DNA from: Laetmonice hystrix | Lineage: Eukaryota | Assembly: GCA_965235115.1 (NCBI GenBank) | Contig: OZ249436.1 | Span: 42,410,001-42,474,000 of the forward strand | Reading direction: 5' to 3' | DNA: 64,000 bases | Shown: positions 16,101-28,800 of the stretch, piece by piece | Position numbering within the stretch: the first letter of the stretch is position 1 | Layout of the letters: every line of letters starts with the position of its first letter | Translations under genes and position numbers: made by a program | Notes under the pieces: generated by a model | Database searches by the model: none | Told to the model about the DNA's origin: nothing | Seen by the model: the letters and a program-made list of their open reading frames with translations, nothing else

Positions 16101-19100
16101 CACATCAACTGATCGTACAAGATAAGGATTGGCCTGCACCCATTGAAAATTGTTGAGATTAACTTCGTTTGAGGTTAAGAACAGTTGATGTTTTTAAAGT
16201 TACAGTAAATAAGATATATCCATGGGTATTCCATACCCTGATCAATATTTCCCCCCTTTTTTAGAGCTTTTTAGAAAAAAGGTTTTAAATAAAAAAATAG
16301 ACCTAGTTGTTTCTAAATTTTCTGTATAAAAAACTCGTGTCCTATATTGCTCTGTAGAAGCCTTGAGTTCATAGTTGTATTGTTTATTTATTTATTCCGG
16401 AAGGAAGTACCTGTTATATGTAAAAACCTAATAACCTGCAGAAAGGATTCATTCAAAACTATATAAGTCTTCAAGATATTGAAATTTTCAAAAGTTCATA
16501 ACCAATGGTGCCTCGGTAAAGTAGAGGAGTAAGCAAACAAACTGTGGTCTCAGCAATGTTTACATTTAACAGTTCATGTTTGTGCTTTGATTTCCTGCTA
16601 ACATTAAAATGATTAGAATATGTAGATCGCTTTGATCACGGAAAGAAAGGATGAAAGGAAGGAAACAAAGGGATGACAAATTGAAATCGCCCTGGGATTA
16701 AACAGGGGACATCAAGTACGGCTCAAACCTCCTAGCCAAGTCAGTCCTAGCACATCGTCAACAATGAAAGGTTATAACTTGACAGTTATCACACTAGTGA
16801 CAGAGATTTTAAAAGAAATTTGCATCCTGATGTACATGTGAGGTTGGTCAAAGAATATAGTAAGAGTAGTTTCTGATGAGATCTGTAGGACTGCAAAATT
16901 GCCTAGTTTCCGATGTAGTATATGGATGCATTTATTGCAGGCAGTTTTAAGGAAAGTATGAACAGTGCTACTTACGTAGTAACTGGTTCTTAGATTTAAT
17001 TTATTTTATATTTGATGGATACCAGCGATTTCATTCATGAATAAATGTTCACGTTGGTGAGAGTACAAAGGTCTGAATATAAGTAATATTTAACCAGAAT
17101 ATGATGTTAGTTTTCTAATTGCCACAATAAATTTTTACTATCTGGTCTATTCAACACTTAAAATTCATGTGAATGTGAATCTTGGTCATCAGCCCATGTA
17201 TACTACATTGTTAGTAGGTGGTCACTTTGATAGACTTTGCCCCTGGACTAGTATATCGTTGTTTGAAAACAAGGCCAGATAAAAACATCTGAAATAGAAT
17301 ATAGTCTGGTAGTTTTTCAACCAGTGCAGACGAAAATTCCCCTTTAGAGACTATGATTCATGAATGGTTACATTTTTCTTCATTATACATTAAGAGGTTT
17401 GACGCTTGTAGTTAGTCCATACATCATGGAGTGGTGCTATATGTAGCAGTTATTAAGGAATGAGCATATAAAAAATAAAATGGCCCTTATTCGCATGGAG
17501 ATACAGGGGAAATGTTAATTGTTCATTTTGATAGTATACATAATATGTCTACAGGTGTAGCTTGCCAAAGCAACTGTTTTAATGATGAGCTGTCAAGTCG
17601 AGAAATTGCTACTGATGTACCGGTCCTATATCCGATGCTCAACATTTTTGGCAAATGTGCATGTTACAGATATGCATGACTGAGGCCGTTAATTAAATTT
17701 CGGTTATTTCTGCTAGAAAGGTGACATTTGTGACAAGCTCTTGTAGTATTTAATCCTCTTCACCTCGTATGGCAGTGTCATTGGTGCATTTTGTATATAT
17801 TGTCCTTTTTCTCATCCAAGCTAGGCGTATTGTGAGGGGATGTATTTGTTATAGATGCAGTGTTATCAGTAATATGGTCACATAATCCATTGTCCTTAGT
17901 TAAAATAGAGTTACAATGCTAATAGGGGCAATGAAGAATTGAAAATATAGATATAAATATTAGATCACCAGAACAGAGCAAACAAAAATACTTGATATTA
18001 TCTTCAATGTGGATACCAGTTGTTCCTGCAGATTGTTCCCTCTCCCGTTTGTAAAGTTAACCCTACAGAATTAGCGCCAAGGTCAAAGGCCTTTCCTGAG
18101 TCACTGGTCTCATTTCCCACAATAGCTATTTTAGATATGATTATACATGTACCTACAGTGTACTTGATAAAGTAAGACTGGTATCTGCTATTACTGGTTG
18201 CAGTGATGTAACCAGGCTGTCGCATATCATTGGGTTAGCCTTCTTCATAGATTTCCCGAACAATGCCTGGCAGTGGAAGAGAAGTTACCAGTATGGCTTG
18301 AATTGAAAAACTTTGAAAGGGGGGGGGGGGATGTAAAAAATACCATCTAGGTTCAGAGATATAGATGTTTTCCTGCCGGGTATGTTCTAGCCATGTGATC
18401 TGTAGGTGTTGTGGTCACCCATGTCAGGGAGGCAAGTCTTTCCTGAGGTTCTATTCAACCATTGCCTTTCTACGCTTCTAATTTTATTGTTTCTTTATTT
18501 CTCCACTCACAGTGAGAAATTAAGCACTCTCCAGCCCTGTATTTGGCTTTCCAGTGGTATTTTTATGGTGACTGGTGTGGTAGATGATGAAATGTTTGAT
18601 GATACTGTGATGTGTAGCGACGTGTGTGACGAAGTTAAGTGAGGTGGTTGAAAACTGGGGTACATTCTGTGATATCAGTAGAGTAGGGGTAAATATTTAG
18701 TTAAGATTTATCACTGTCATCAGTGTACACTCCCTCGTGAGCAAGGGCTGATGTGAAAGAGAGTATGATACATGTATTGTTCTGCTGTTTTCTCTTACCG
18801 TAGCGAAAGAACCATATTTTCTCAGAAGACAATTTTGGGAAAAATGCAAGTAAAAGAGTACTTTTAGGTATGGCATTTTGGTGAATCATAAATAATTAAA
18901 GAAACATATTTTAGTCATAGAAAATATACAAACTGCTAAATCAGTTCACTTTTCATACTTCTTAATCTCTGTCCCTCTGGTCGCTTTTCAACATTTAAAC
19001 TGTAGAAATGATCTATCTTTGTCCAAACATACAGTGGACAAGTGTGTTGATGTTGTCATTGATTCACTGGTGCCCAGATAGAGAATTACAGCGGACGTTT

Positions 19101-20734
19101 ATTATAGCAGATAACAGGGTTCACGGAGGACGTAGTACCAGTTATCAGGATGTTATTCAGTGAAATTATAATGACGTAACAAAGGGAGTTTTGAAAAACC
19201 TGATGTCAAACAGGCTGCTGCCGTTCAATATTTGTAATCAGAGGCATATGCTGGCTAGATTCCTTAAGTATATTTTTGGTGGTAGCTTTCTCCCACACTG
19301 GACACTTGGTACCACCAGTTTTGGAGGAATTTAACAGATATAATTACTAACTTGACGTGGGTTATAATTTTGGAGAACAAAGATTATCGCCTTAACACTG
19401 AACACTTACTCTGACCATACATAATGACGGACATAGTATAACCTCACGTGGTCAATCAATGTCCTATTAAAATACCGAAATTCAGTATTACCTGCTTCGT
19501 AATGAGACCAGGACCCAGTATAAAAGTATCATTGTATTTTATTGACGGCATTTATCCAACATTATGTCAAGACTAACCCATGGTGCTCTGGGCAGACTTA
19601 CCGGTATATGCAGTACTTATACACCATTGCTGGAGGCCTGATGCTGTATAGGCCTTTCTCTGGGTTAGTCCTTTTCGTTTCAGCTTGGAATAGGGAAGAA
19701 AGAAATATCACGACAGTTTTCATTGCTTGAAGATATGTCAGTGTATGTCCCAGTGTGTGATGATTTATGAGAAACATGATGTGCGGTTTGCTGTTCTTTG
19801 AAATATTAACATTCAATATCAAATGGCAGTATCAAGTTTATTGACAGTCATTGAACTCGATGATGTGACTATATTATTACTGAAAGAAATATGCATATAT
19901 GTAATTGATAAAGTGAATAAGTTGCCTGTTAAGGAATCTGTGCATACAGCTATTTTGATCCGGATTGTTAATGTCATATTTAAAATATTATCGATTTGTT
20001 ATAGACCATAATAGGCCTAGTGTATAAAGCAGAGTAATTTGTGGTGTTATTAAAGCAAATTTATTCAATAAAGTAACTTGGCTTGTTATTTGTTGTCGTG
20101 AAGTAATGAGTTATCCTTTCCCTCCCTTTGTAGCAGACTAGCTGTTCAGTTTTAAATAGATATCTGATGACCCATTTGTTAAGATGACATTACTTGGTTA
20201 GAGGAAAACCTGTTCACAGCTTGATTCGTTTTTGGGCATCTGTGAACTCTATTATTAATCCAGAAAGGGGGGGGGGGGGTCCCAGCGCAGAATATTGTCA
20301 GGAAGATTGCTGCCAGTATTCCAACGCGAGCAATCTCGACACACGCTGTACCCTATATACATGTACCGGTATCCAGACTGAATGTCAGCAATATCCGGAC
20401 AAAAGGGCACAGGATAGAATCTCACCAAGTGGTAAGCCGGACAAAATTTCACCTTTTGCAAATTAGTATTTTCTTCTTGTCCCCAATACAAATAATTTTT
20501 TCCTGTGATATTTTGACCAGGAGAGACATTCTGTCCCGGATATACCGGTAGCGGAGGTAACCGTCTAACACGGGGAGGTACATGGTATGAAGAATTTTGA
20601 TGAATTGTGGATAATCTGTAAGGTCCTTGGGCAGCGTTTCTCCTAAGTTTTTTGTTAAGATCAAAATGCAAAGATCGGCATGTCATTGTCATGGCTGTGG
20701 ACATGGATGGCGTAATGCTCCTAATTGCTCATAA

Positions 20735-21020
20735 GCCTGATTGGTGCTGCTAAAGTATGGTGCGTCCACAGTTTACACCCCAGCAAAGGGCCTTCTTGGT
20801 CAATGAATTAGCCCAGACGCAGTGCCAGCCACTCTGTGGCTGGGGTGTAAACTGTGGATGCACCAGGCTTTAGCAGCACCAAGCAGGACTAGGCCTATGC
20901 ATGGTGCGTCCACAGTTTACACCCCAGCAAAGGGCCTTCTTGGTCAATGAATTAGCTCAGACGCAGAGTGAGGTGTAAACTGTGGTCGCACCCGGTTTTA
21001 GCAGCACCAAGCAGGACTAG
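20735..21020. repeat. Tandem pair of inverted-repeat units
   Basis: ATGGTGCGTCCACAGTTTACACCCCAGCAAAGGGCCTTCTTGGTCAATGAATTAGC occurs twice (about 20757 and 20901). Each copy is followed by an inverted GGTGTAAACTGTGG...TTTAGCAGCACCAA. Confidence 0.8.
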
Positions 21021-24000
21021 GAGTATAAGCAACATCTACAGATCTGAATTGATTATGATATCCATGACCACAGCCACTGGTCCGTTTCATTACTTCCATC
21101 ATGCTTTGCGGAGGGGATACGTAATTATTGACTCGTGCAAGGGCAAAGAACCTTCCGTCATACATCTAATTCCACGTTAACCACAACTATGGGATTACAT
21201 AAGATCTAATCACGGTCCTATAAATCAGTCGGATAACACAGATCATTGAAAGTTTGATATACATTTATTTTTCTTAGAGTTGCTAACATCAGGTCGATAG
21301 AGACATGTTCAATGAAGGCAAAAAAAAATACTCGTATGATTTTAACATTATCAAACCAGGAACAGATAAAAATCAAACGGAATGCTGCCAGCTTTGAGAG
21401 GCATGTATATATACCGATAGGTGCAATCCCGGGCGTCAAAATGCAAGAATTGATTCACCTTCATCTTAGAAGCAACATATACTGTCAATGAAGTATGACC
21501 TACCAGTTATATTAAAAAAACTTCTTTCTTTATAATTTCGATCCAGTCACACTTTGTATCATAATATATATATACCAGGGTATATTAAATCAGGAGGGGG
21601 AACCATTACAATCCTTTGAACTTAAATACATGATAACCTGCATACCAAGATTACATATTATGCATGCGGACAATCTGTAGTGAGAATGAGAGGTATATAT
21701 ACTAATATTTACTTCCATCATTAGGAACAACGGCTGTTAATTCGTTTATCAATCATAAGGTCTGAACCACCCAGTCCTGTGGGACCAGTTTTATCAGACA
21801 CCTGGCCATCGTTTCCGTTACGTTCACATTCACTCAAACGATTCCACCGCCCTTATTCCGATATAACCAACAGACCCGTGTTCCTTCCAAGTCATACCCG
21901 AATTAACCAAAGGTTTTCTGATTTATGGCTGGTCTTACAAGACATGCCATCACTAAGTGTTGTCAGGTTAAGATGCGGTACTAATGGCAAATAGTTACAT
22001 ATGAAGGCGAGCCATCCTGAACTCGACTACATATCAACTGGTATCCTGTAAGCATTAAACAATCAGCAATACGTTTACCTATGTGTACAATATGTTACCA
22101 AGCCTATAAATTACTTCCTTCGTTCCCATAGCCGTCTACGTAACATACTTTAATTAACTTTGACCTAATGCTATCGATATTCTTTGACATTAAAGGCGAG
22201 ACTGAATGTGGGAAAATACTTTTCTGGCTTGGAACTTAACAAGGTTCTTCCCTTATAAAGGCCTGGAAATATGCTGAATCAATCAAACCTAGCATAAATA
22301 GAACACTATTTCTCCTGAGGCGACCACCTCACCTCTGCCGTATTCCAAGCAGGATTGCTATTTTTGTTTTAAATGTTGTGCCACAATATAACCATATTAT
22401 ATTTCACACATAGGTTTCTGCATACCAGAAGGCCTCTGTCCCTTTTCCTACTCAGTTGAAGGCCTCTTTAGTTTAGCCTAAGTACACGTTTAATGAAACA
22501 TTTGGCAATGACGACCAAGTTTCCAGGTGCAATAGCTTTATTTATCAGCCACACAAGCTGCTTCCAATAAATTAATACATTCATATTTATAATTCTATAC
22601 ATAGGTCAATATCGGTATACAGCATAAAACTGCCAAGTATTCCAGTACCATATAATACCACTGTTAACCTTTGCTTATACAGATACTGTGAAACATCACA
22701 CCTTGTGTCAATGTGCGTATCACATCATAACCTACTATTTACCATGAAGTACATTTACAACATCTTTCAAAAAAGAAGACTGACACCTATGCCTATGCGC
22801 GTCTAAAATGTCGACAGACAATATATATATATATATACAGTATACAGTCGTGTTTTACATCTTCAGTTAAATATGCGAGGATTGAGGCGTTCGTTATCCA
22901 CCACCAGCAGTTTCAAAATCAAAAAGTCCGCCTGGACTGCTTCCATGATTGACAATCCTTCAACCCTTTACACCGCTGTCGACGCCTGAATATGACCATG
23001 GTCACCCATCTTTACAATATACATACAAATTGGTTCCAATTGGTTCAATTCGAATGGATTACCATTTATCAGTACTCACTCTGCTACGTTCTTGTTCCCG
23101 TCTACTAATATCAATGACAACCTCCCCTACCGCCCCCCACTCCAGCGTCGCTCCAGTTCTACTCCCACCAGTTGATTGTAAATGTATACACCATTCCCAT
23201 AACAGCATAACTATGTCTCTCATAAATAAATACATTATGTCAACAAACTGTTTTTATCTTACTTAGTTACTCTGAAACGAAAAGAAAGTCCATCTACGGC
23301 GATAACGAAATAAGTTGCCCTTCCTCATCCTAAACATAGCAAACCCAACTGAAGTGCCTGCTCCGCAACAAACAACTAAGTATACATCTACCATCAATAA
23401 CAAACAGGACTTTTAAAACATTTTTTCCTAATTTAAATCTGTATGTAAACCTGACAAGTCAAACATTTACGAACGTTTTCCTGACAGCAATTTCAAGTGA
23501 TGCTTCTGATACGTTTGGGGATATGAAACAAATAATAAGCTGGTTTGGAATATACATTATATAAAATGGATGGAAACTGTTTATGGAATGTAAAAAAATT
23601 AAACAAAAATGGGGGCAGGCATCGCACTGAACGGAATGTTGAAAGGTCAGTCTCCTGACTGATATGAGCAAACCACCTGTAGACACTGTGGGAGTGGAGT
23701 TGGAGGACTGGACGCAACCCTGATCTCCTTACCTCATGAATCCCTTGGCTAACCTTAAGGACACACTGGGTTACACACCGGGAGATACAAACAGAACCTA
23801 TAACCTTACATCATTGGGTTCACTTGGGATAATCTTAGTGTGAGTAGTATAGGGCTCCAGCAGCGGCTACGGCCCCGACTCAGCTCGGGTTCATTCCCAT
23901 ACAAAATGATACAATTCCAAGTTTGTTATATCAAAATTCAGTTTTTACATGGCCATGGAAACTTTAACCGCTTTCTTGGCAAATTTTGCCTAACAAAAAC

Positions 24001-25887
24001 AAGAGGGCATAAAACCGTACCTGGGTTGCGCCCCTTTGTTTTCAAATGCATTCCTCCAACTTCCAACTCTCACAAAAATGAAACAAAATATGAAGGCTTG
24101 ATTCTTCAGTTCCCTCATACCGAATGTCAGGACGTCAATGTTATTGTCCCTGCTCCAGTTAATGACCCCTCACTGGTTCTGGCTGTCACTGATGATACTT
24201 ACCAATGAACACCTGTTGGTCTTAGACTCGGCAAACATCTGTGCCTGCGTGCATAATATTGATACACGAACGGACTATCATCTACAAAAGCAACTACTGA
24301 CAACACAGCCAAGGGCTGAAAGGCAGTGCTTGCCTCTCTCTTGGTTACCTTTGCCCTGCTGGCATCTACAGGTTTTCTTCAAGGCGAATTGGGTGTCTAT
24401 ACAAGATATATAAAACAGGTGTGGTTAAAGTAGGGTGTTACAGATCCCATGGTTACTGGGAAACCTCTTTACCGGGGACACACATTACGGCCTTGGTACC
24501 CAGTTGTCATAGATTTTCAAGAGTTTTATGCCAGATGTTGTTTTGTTGTGAAGTCGGTTGTATACTTTCGTGCAGCCCTCCATCCTTCAGTCAGTACCGG
24601 TATTGTCTTTACCGATCTGATGTACGGTAAGCTATCACTATCAGCTCTGACCTGGTCGGTGAAGTTAAGAGTCATCAGACTTCCTACGCTACAAACCAGA
24701 AGGTTAAACAGCTCTACCGGTATACAGTCATGGGTAACATGTCACTGCATCAGGTATTGTAATACAACACTCTGGATTATGTCATTAATTCATGGCAGTA
24801 TTGGACCACTGTCTGATCCAGTTAGTGAAACACCTAGTGAATACATGGTGCACTTTATGTCTATGTGTCAAATGGTCTGACCAGGTCAGGTAAGCATGTA
24901 TTAGTGAACCACCCAGTGTGGGTTTTAATGCCGATCATTCGTCGAGATTAGAACGCCATCACAATGTATTATGAGGTTAGGGTAGAGTGATTATGTTTAA
25001 AAATATCCCTTGGTAAAGAGAAACTGATTGTTGAGACTGGAAATGACTTTTTCTGCTAAGTGTGGGCCATGGCTACCTGCTCCTTTACTGAGCAACTGAT
25101 ACAGCACTTTTCTTAGCTGGAATGATTGAAAAAACACTGCATTACATGAAAGTTCTAGCCAGGGTTTCTTATAACATTGGAATGTCACTAACGTATGTCT
25201 AGAGCGCATTAAAGCTCAAAATTTATTTTTTGACCCTTACAGTACCTGGAATGTTAAGAATTCTCTTGAACACGTGTTGTACGTGGACTAATTTCACCCC
25301 TATATCACAATACCCTAATATTAGAAAACAATTTCTCGGCCGCTGATACTACAAATGTATATTTGGCATACACAATACCTACTGGTAAACTGTTTCTATG
25401 ATACTGGTAGGTACTTGCGTTGGCGCCAGACTGGCATCACTTACATCTCTATGAAGTAGGTCATAAGGAATTTTTGTTATTTTCATATGCTTTTCTTTAA
25501 AAAACCCCTGAAATTGTTAAATTATTTAATGAAATGACAGGGTAAAAAAGCTCTATGATATAATTACATTATGTACTACCTTTATGCCAAATGAACTGTC
25601 AAATCTACTACCAGTAATACGTACACTGCAGATTATATATATATATATTACGTATACCAGGTATATTTTTCTTTCACCTGAAAGACTGACTAATAACAAA
25701 AGACAGAGTCATATAACTTTACAATGTACTTAGAGCACGTGCTACTCTGCTTAGTGTACACACTCTAGACATTGTCCCCAAACATTCACCGTTTACTGGG
25801 TTTGTTGAGACAGACAGGAGTTGGAGCGGTGATTTCTATGAAGGCGGAGAGGTGACAGTGGGAGGACTGTTGGCAGTACCCCATCAG

Positions 25888-28800
25888 TTAAGCTTGCTGT
25901 TGGGTTGTGGTTGTTAACTTGGAGAACGACTGGAGTCGACTGGTAGCCTTGGGGATGCGCTGGACCCTCACTGAAGGGAGGCGGGAGGATGGGGCCCCTG
26001 AGGAGGGGTTCCGGAGGCTGGTATGAGTCGGCAGCTGGGACTTGGTACCGACAGTTGTGCCCTCCTCACTGCTAGCGCCAGCTGCTTTCGGCTCCTGAAT
26101 AAAAACATTGGATTAAATATTAGGATGATCCATGCAGATCCATGCCATTTCGTTTCTTTTTTTTTCTAATTACTTGATATTTGTTTCTTTTAAAAAATTA
26201 ACTATGGTTATGTCGATGGATATATTAATAATTTTATACATAAGTCGTTTTACTTCTCCTAGCTTTACCTTACAGCTGACATATATTTCCCTGTTTTTAC
26301 AAGACTACTCACCTGTTTATTTCTAACGTCAATCTTTCTTGTACTGGAGCTACAAAATAACACACATTAAGGTCAAACAGGGTCCACAGTTGAAAGACAT
26401 ACAAACGTGAAGGTCAAACAGGGTCTTCAGTTGAAAGACATGTGCACACATCAAGGTCAAACAGGGTCCACAGTTGAAAGACATACACACCTGAAAAAAG
26501 TGACCAATACTGGATGAATATCAAATCTAAAAAAAGGACTATATTACATTAACTTTTTGTTGAAACACATGTCGTTTCATAATTTCGTTAATATTTGGAG
26601 TAGCTACCTAACCTGTAGTAGGTGTTTCAATGCTAGACTTTCTTCGAGGGCAGCAGAACACGCCCTTACCCTGATGGACAATCATCTATCCATCTAACAT
26701 TCTCGGAACTTGATATGCATTCACCCAGACAAGTAGAAAAACATTCACTCGTTCACCTACATCTGTCCAACCACAGACCTGGAGGGGGATCACACGCAGA
26801 GCCCCAAACGCTAGGCATTGTTTGCTGCACCACATAACGTCTATTTTCGACAGTTTTTTTAATAGAGGGTCAATATTTGGCCATAGTACAGAAATTTAGC
26901 TACTACCGTATGGTAACTCTCCATTAAATATTTTCACCAGTTCTTACTTTATTAATTAAAGAGTAACTAGGTTGCTAACAACAGAAAGCACTGCCCTACT
27001 TTATTATGTGCCATACACGAGTAAATGCCAAAGGTTATAAGCACCCACAGAAGATCTTTCCCTATCATGAGCCTTTGAGCAGCCAAGCATAGCAGTTAGG
27101 CAAGAACATGCCATGTTATGCATGTTGTTAAAAATCTTCCCACGCTGTTACCGGTATATGTTTACCATATGGAAATATGACAGTTGAAACAACTTGGTAG
27201 TTAACACGATCAGTAGAATCAGCATTTGCTTCCTTCAAAGGCGTCCTCAATACTACCAGTAGGTAGCTACTCAAAGCTATGCAGTATTTAATACCTAGTA
27301 ATCAAAGTCCATGTTTATATTAAAGTGTAAAGCGATTACACATTCTGACAAGACCAAAACCAGTTCATGGGCACATATACCCCCCCCCCCTCCCAGTCTA
27401 TGTTATCACAACTTTTTTGCCCTGATGACTAATAAATGGCACGTGATGACTGATTGTTGTGTGCCAGTGTCGATGACATTTCATTTGTAATACCTTCATG
27501 ATCCCTTTGATAAATCAGATAGGACAATACACAAAGTACCAAACAACTTTCTCAAAAAGTTCCACAAGATTGTTTCTAGGTGTGGTTGTTTACGTTTTTT
27601 ACAATCTGACAGGGTATTAAAAATAGAAAAGAACAGATTTACCTGTATGGGACTCAGAAAGGTGTCCATCTGTTTTAACTTTGAAGGAAAGTTAGCAGTT
27701 TCACTTTAGTAGACAGCTAGATACTATGCTAAAACCTGTGGTATATACCGACCACCTGTTTTGGGAAGGTGGTATTCAGACAGAGTAGCACCAACCCTGC
27801 CTAAGACGTGCGCCGCCACGTTAACTAATAGTCGACCCTGGTCTGGCATTGCAATTTTTGACATGCAGTTTTTAAAATGGCACTTTTTTTAGACGTTTTG
27901 AAATTTTATCTCAAATTTGTATCACATGACCCAATTAGCCAAATGATATCATGTGCTAAATATTATGACATTGGGATAAAAATTATAGAAGTTACAGTCA
28001 AGAAAAGAGTGTTCCAGTTTTTTCTGGCCCACCCGATATATGCTCACAGAGACATGAGGTCAAGTCAAAGGAAGGGAAACTCTGCAATCTTGGATTAACT
28101 AAAATAACAACTGTGCTCCCTCAGGGACAGTAAACATTCAGCAAAGATATATTTTTTTCCGGAAATAATTTCTTTCTTTGAGACCTAAAACAGATATCTG
28201 GAGTTAGTAGTGGCAATATCAGTAAAACCAAGGCATGAGGTTTCTCTCGCCTTACGTTTAGCCTTACCCATGTGCCAGCCCACCCACGGCAGTGACTAGA
28301 AATCCATGATATTTTATTATCATATTCTACGATTGGGGGGTTATCAGTTTTGGGTTAGCCTACCTGCTGACCGGCTCACTGTCAGTGCTCGCCCCTGCAC
28401 CCCCTGCGTTTGCCTGGATACCACCAGGGGGCCTCAAGGCCATCTTGGCCATGGCTAAGCGGGGCTGTAAGTGAAGGAGCCTGTATGTTAGCAGAGCAAA
28501 GGTTAGGCGAAAGCTATAGATAGTATGTGCCACCAATACCACAGAAAAACACCTAGCAACAAACCACAAATGCTTACCATGATCATCAACAATACAGAAC
28601 CACTAGAAACCACTAATGTACTGTAATGTATTTTTCGTTTCCCATTTGTTAAAACTCCCTCCCTCAGACTTTGAACGATACATGGAACTGGGCCCTAGTG
28701 TCTGTGAATTTCGGTCTGGCAAACACCACCTCAGGGATTTGATCATGTTGTTAAACTGAAAGTTATGGTCTTTACTAGGTATCTCGTTAAATGTCAATGT

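Noticed and set aside
21700..22050. Exon-like segment on the minus strand
   Set aside because: Splice-like ends but no sustained ORF or recognisable RNA family.
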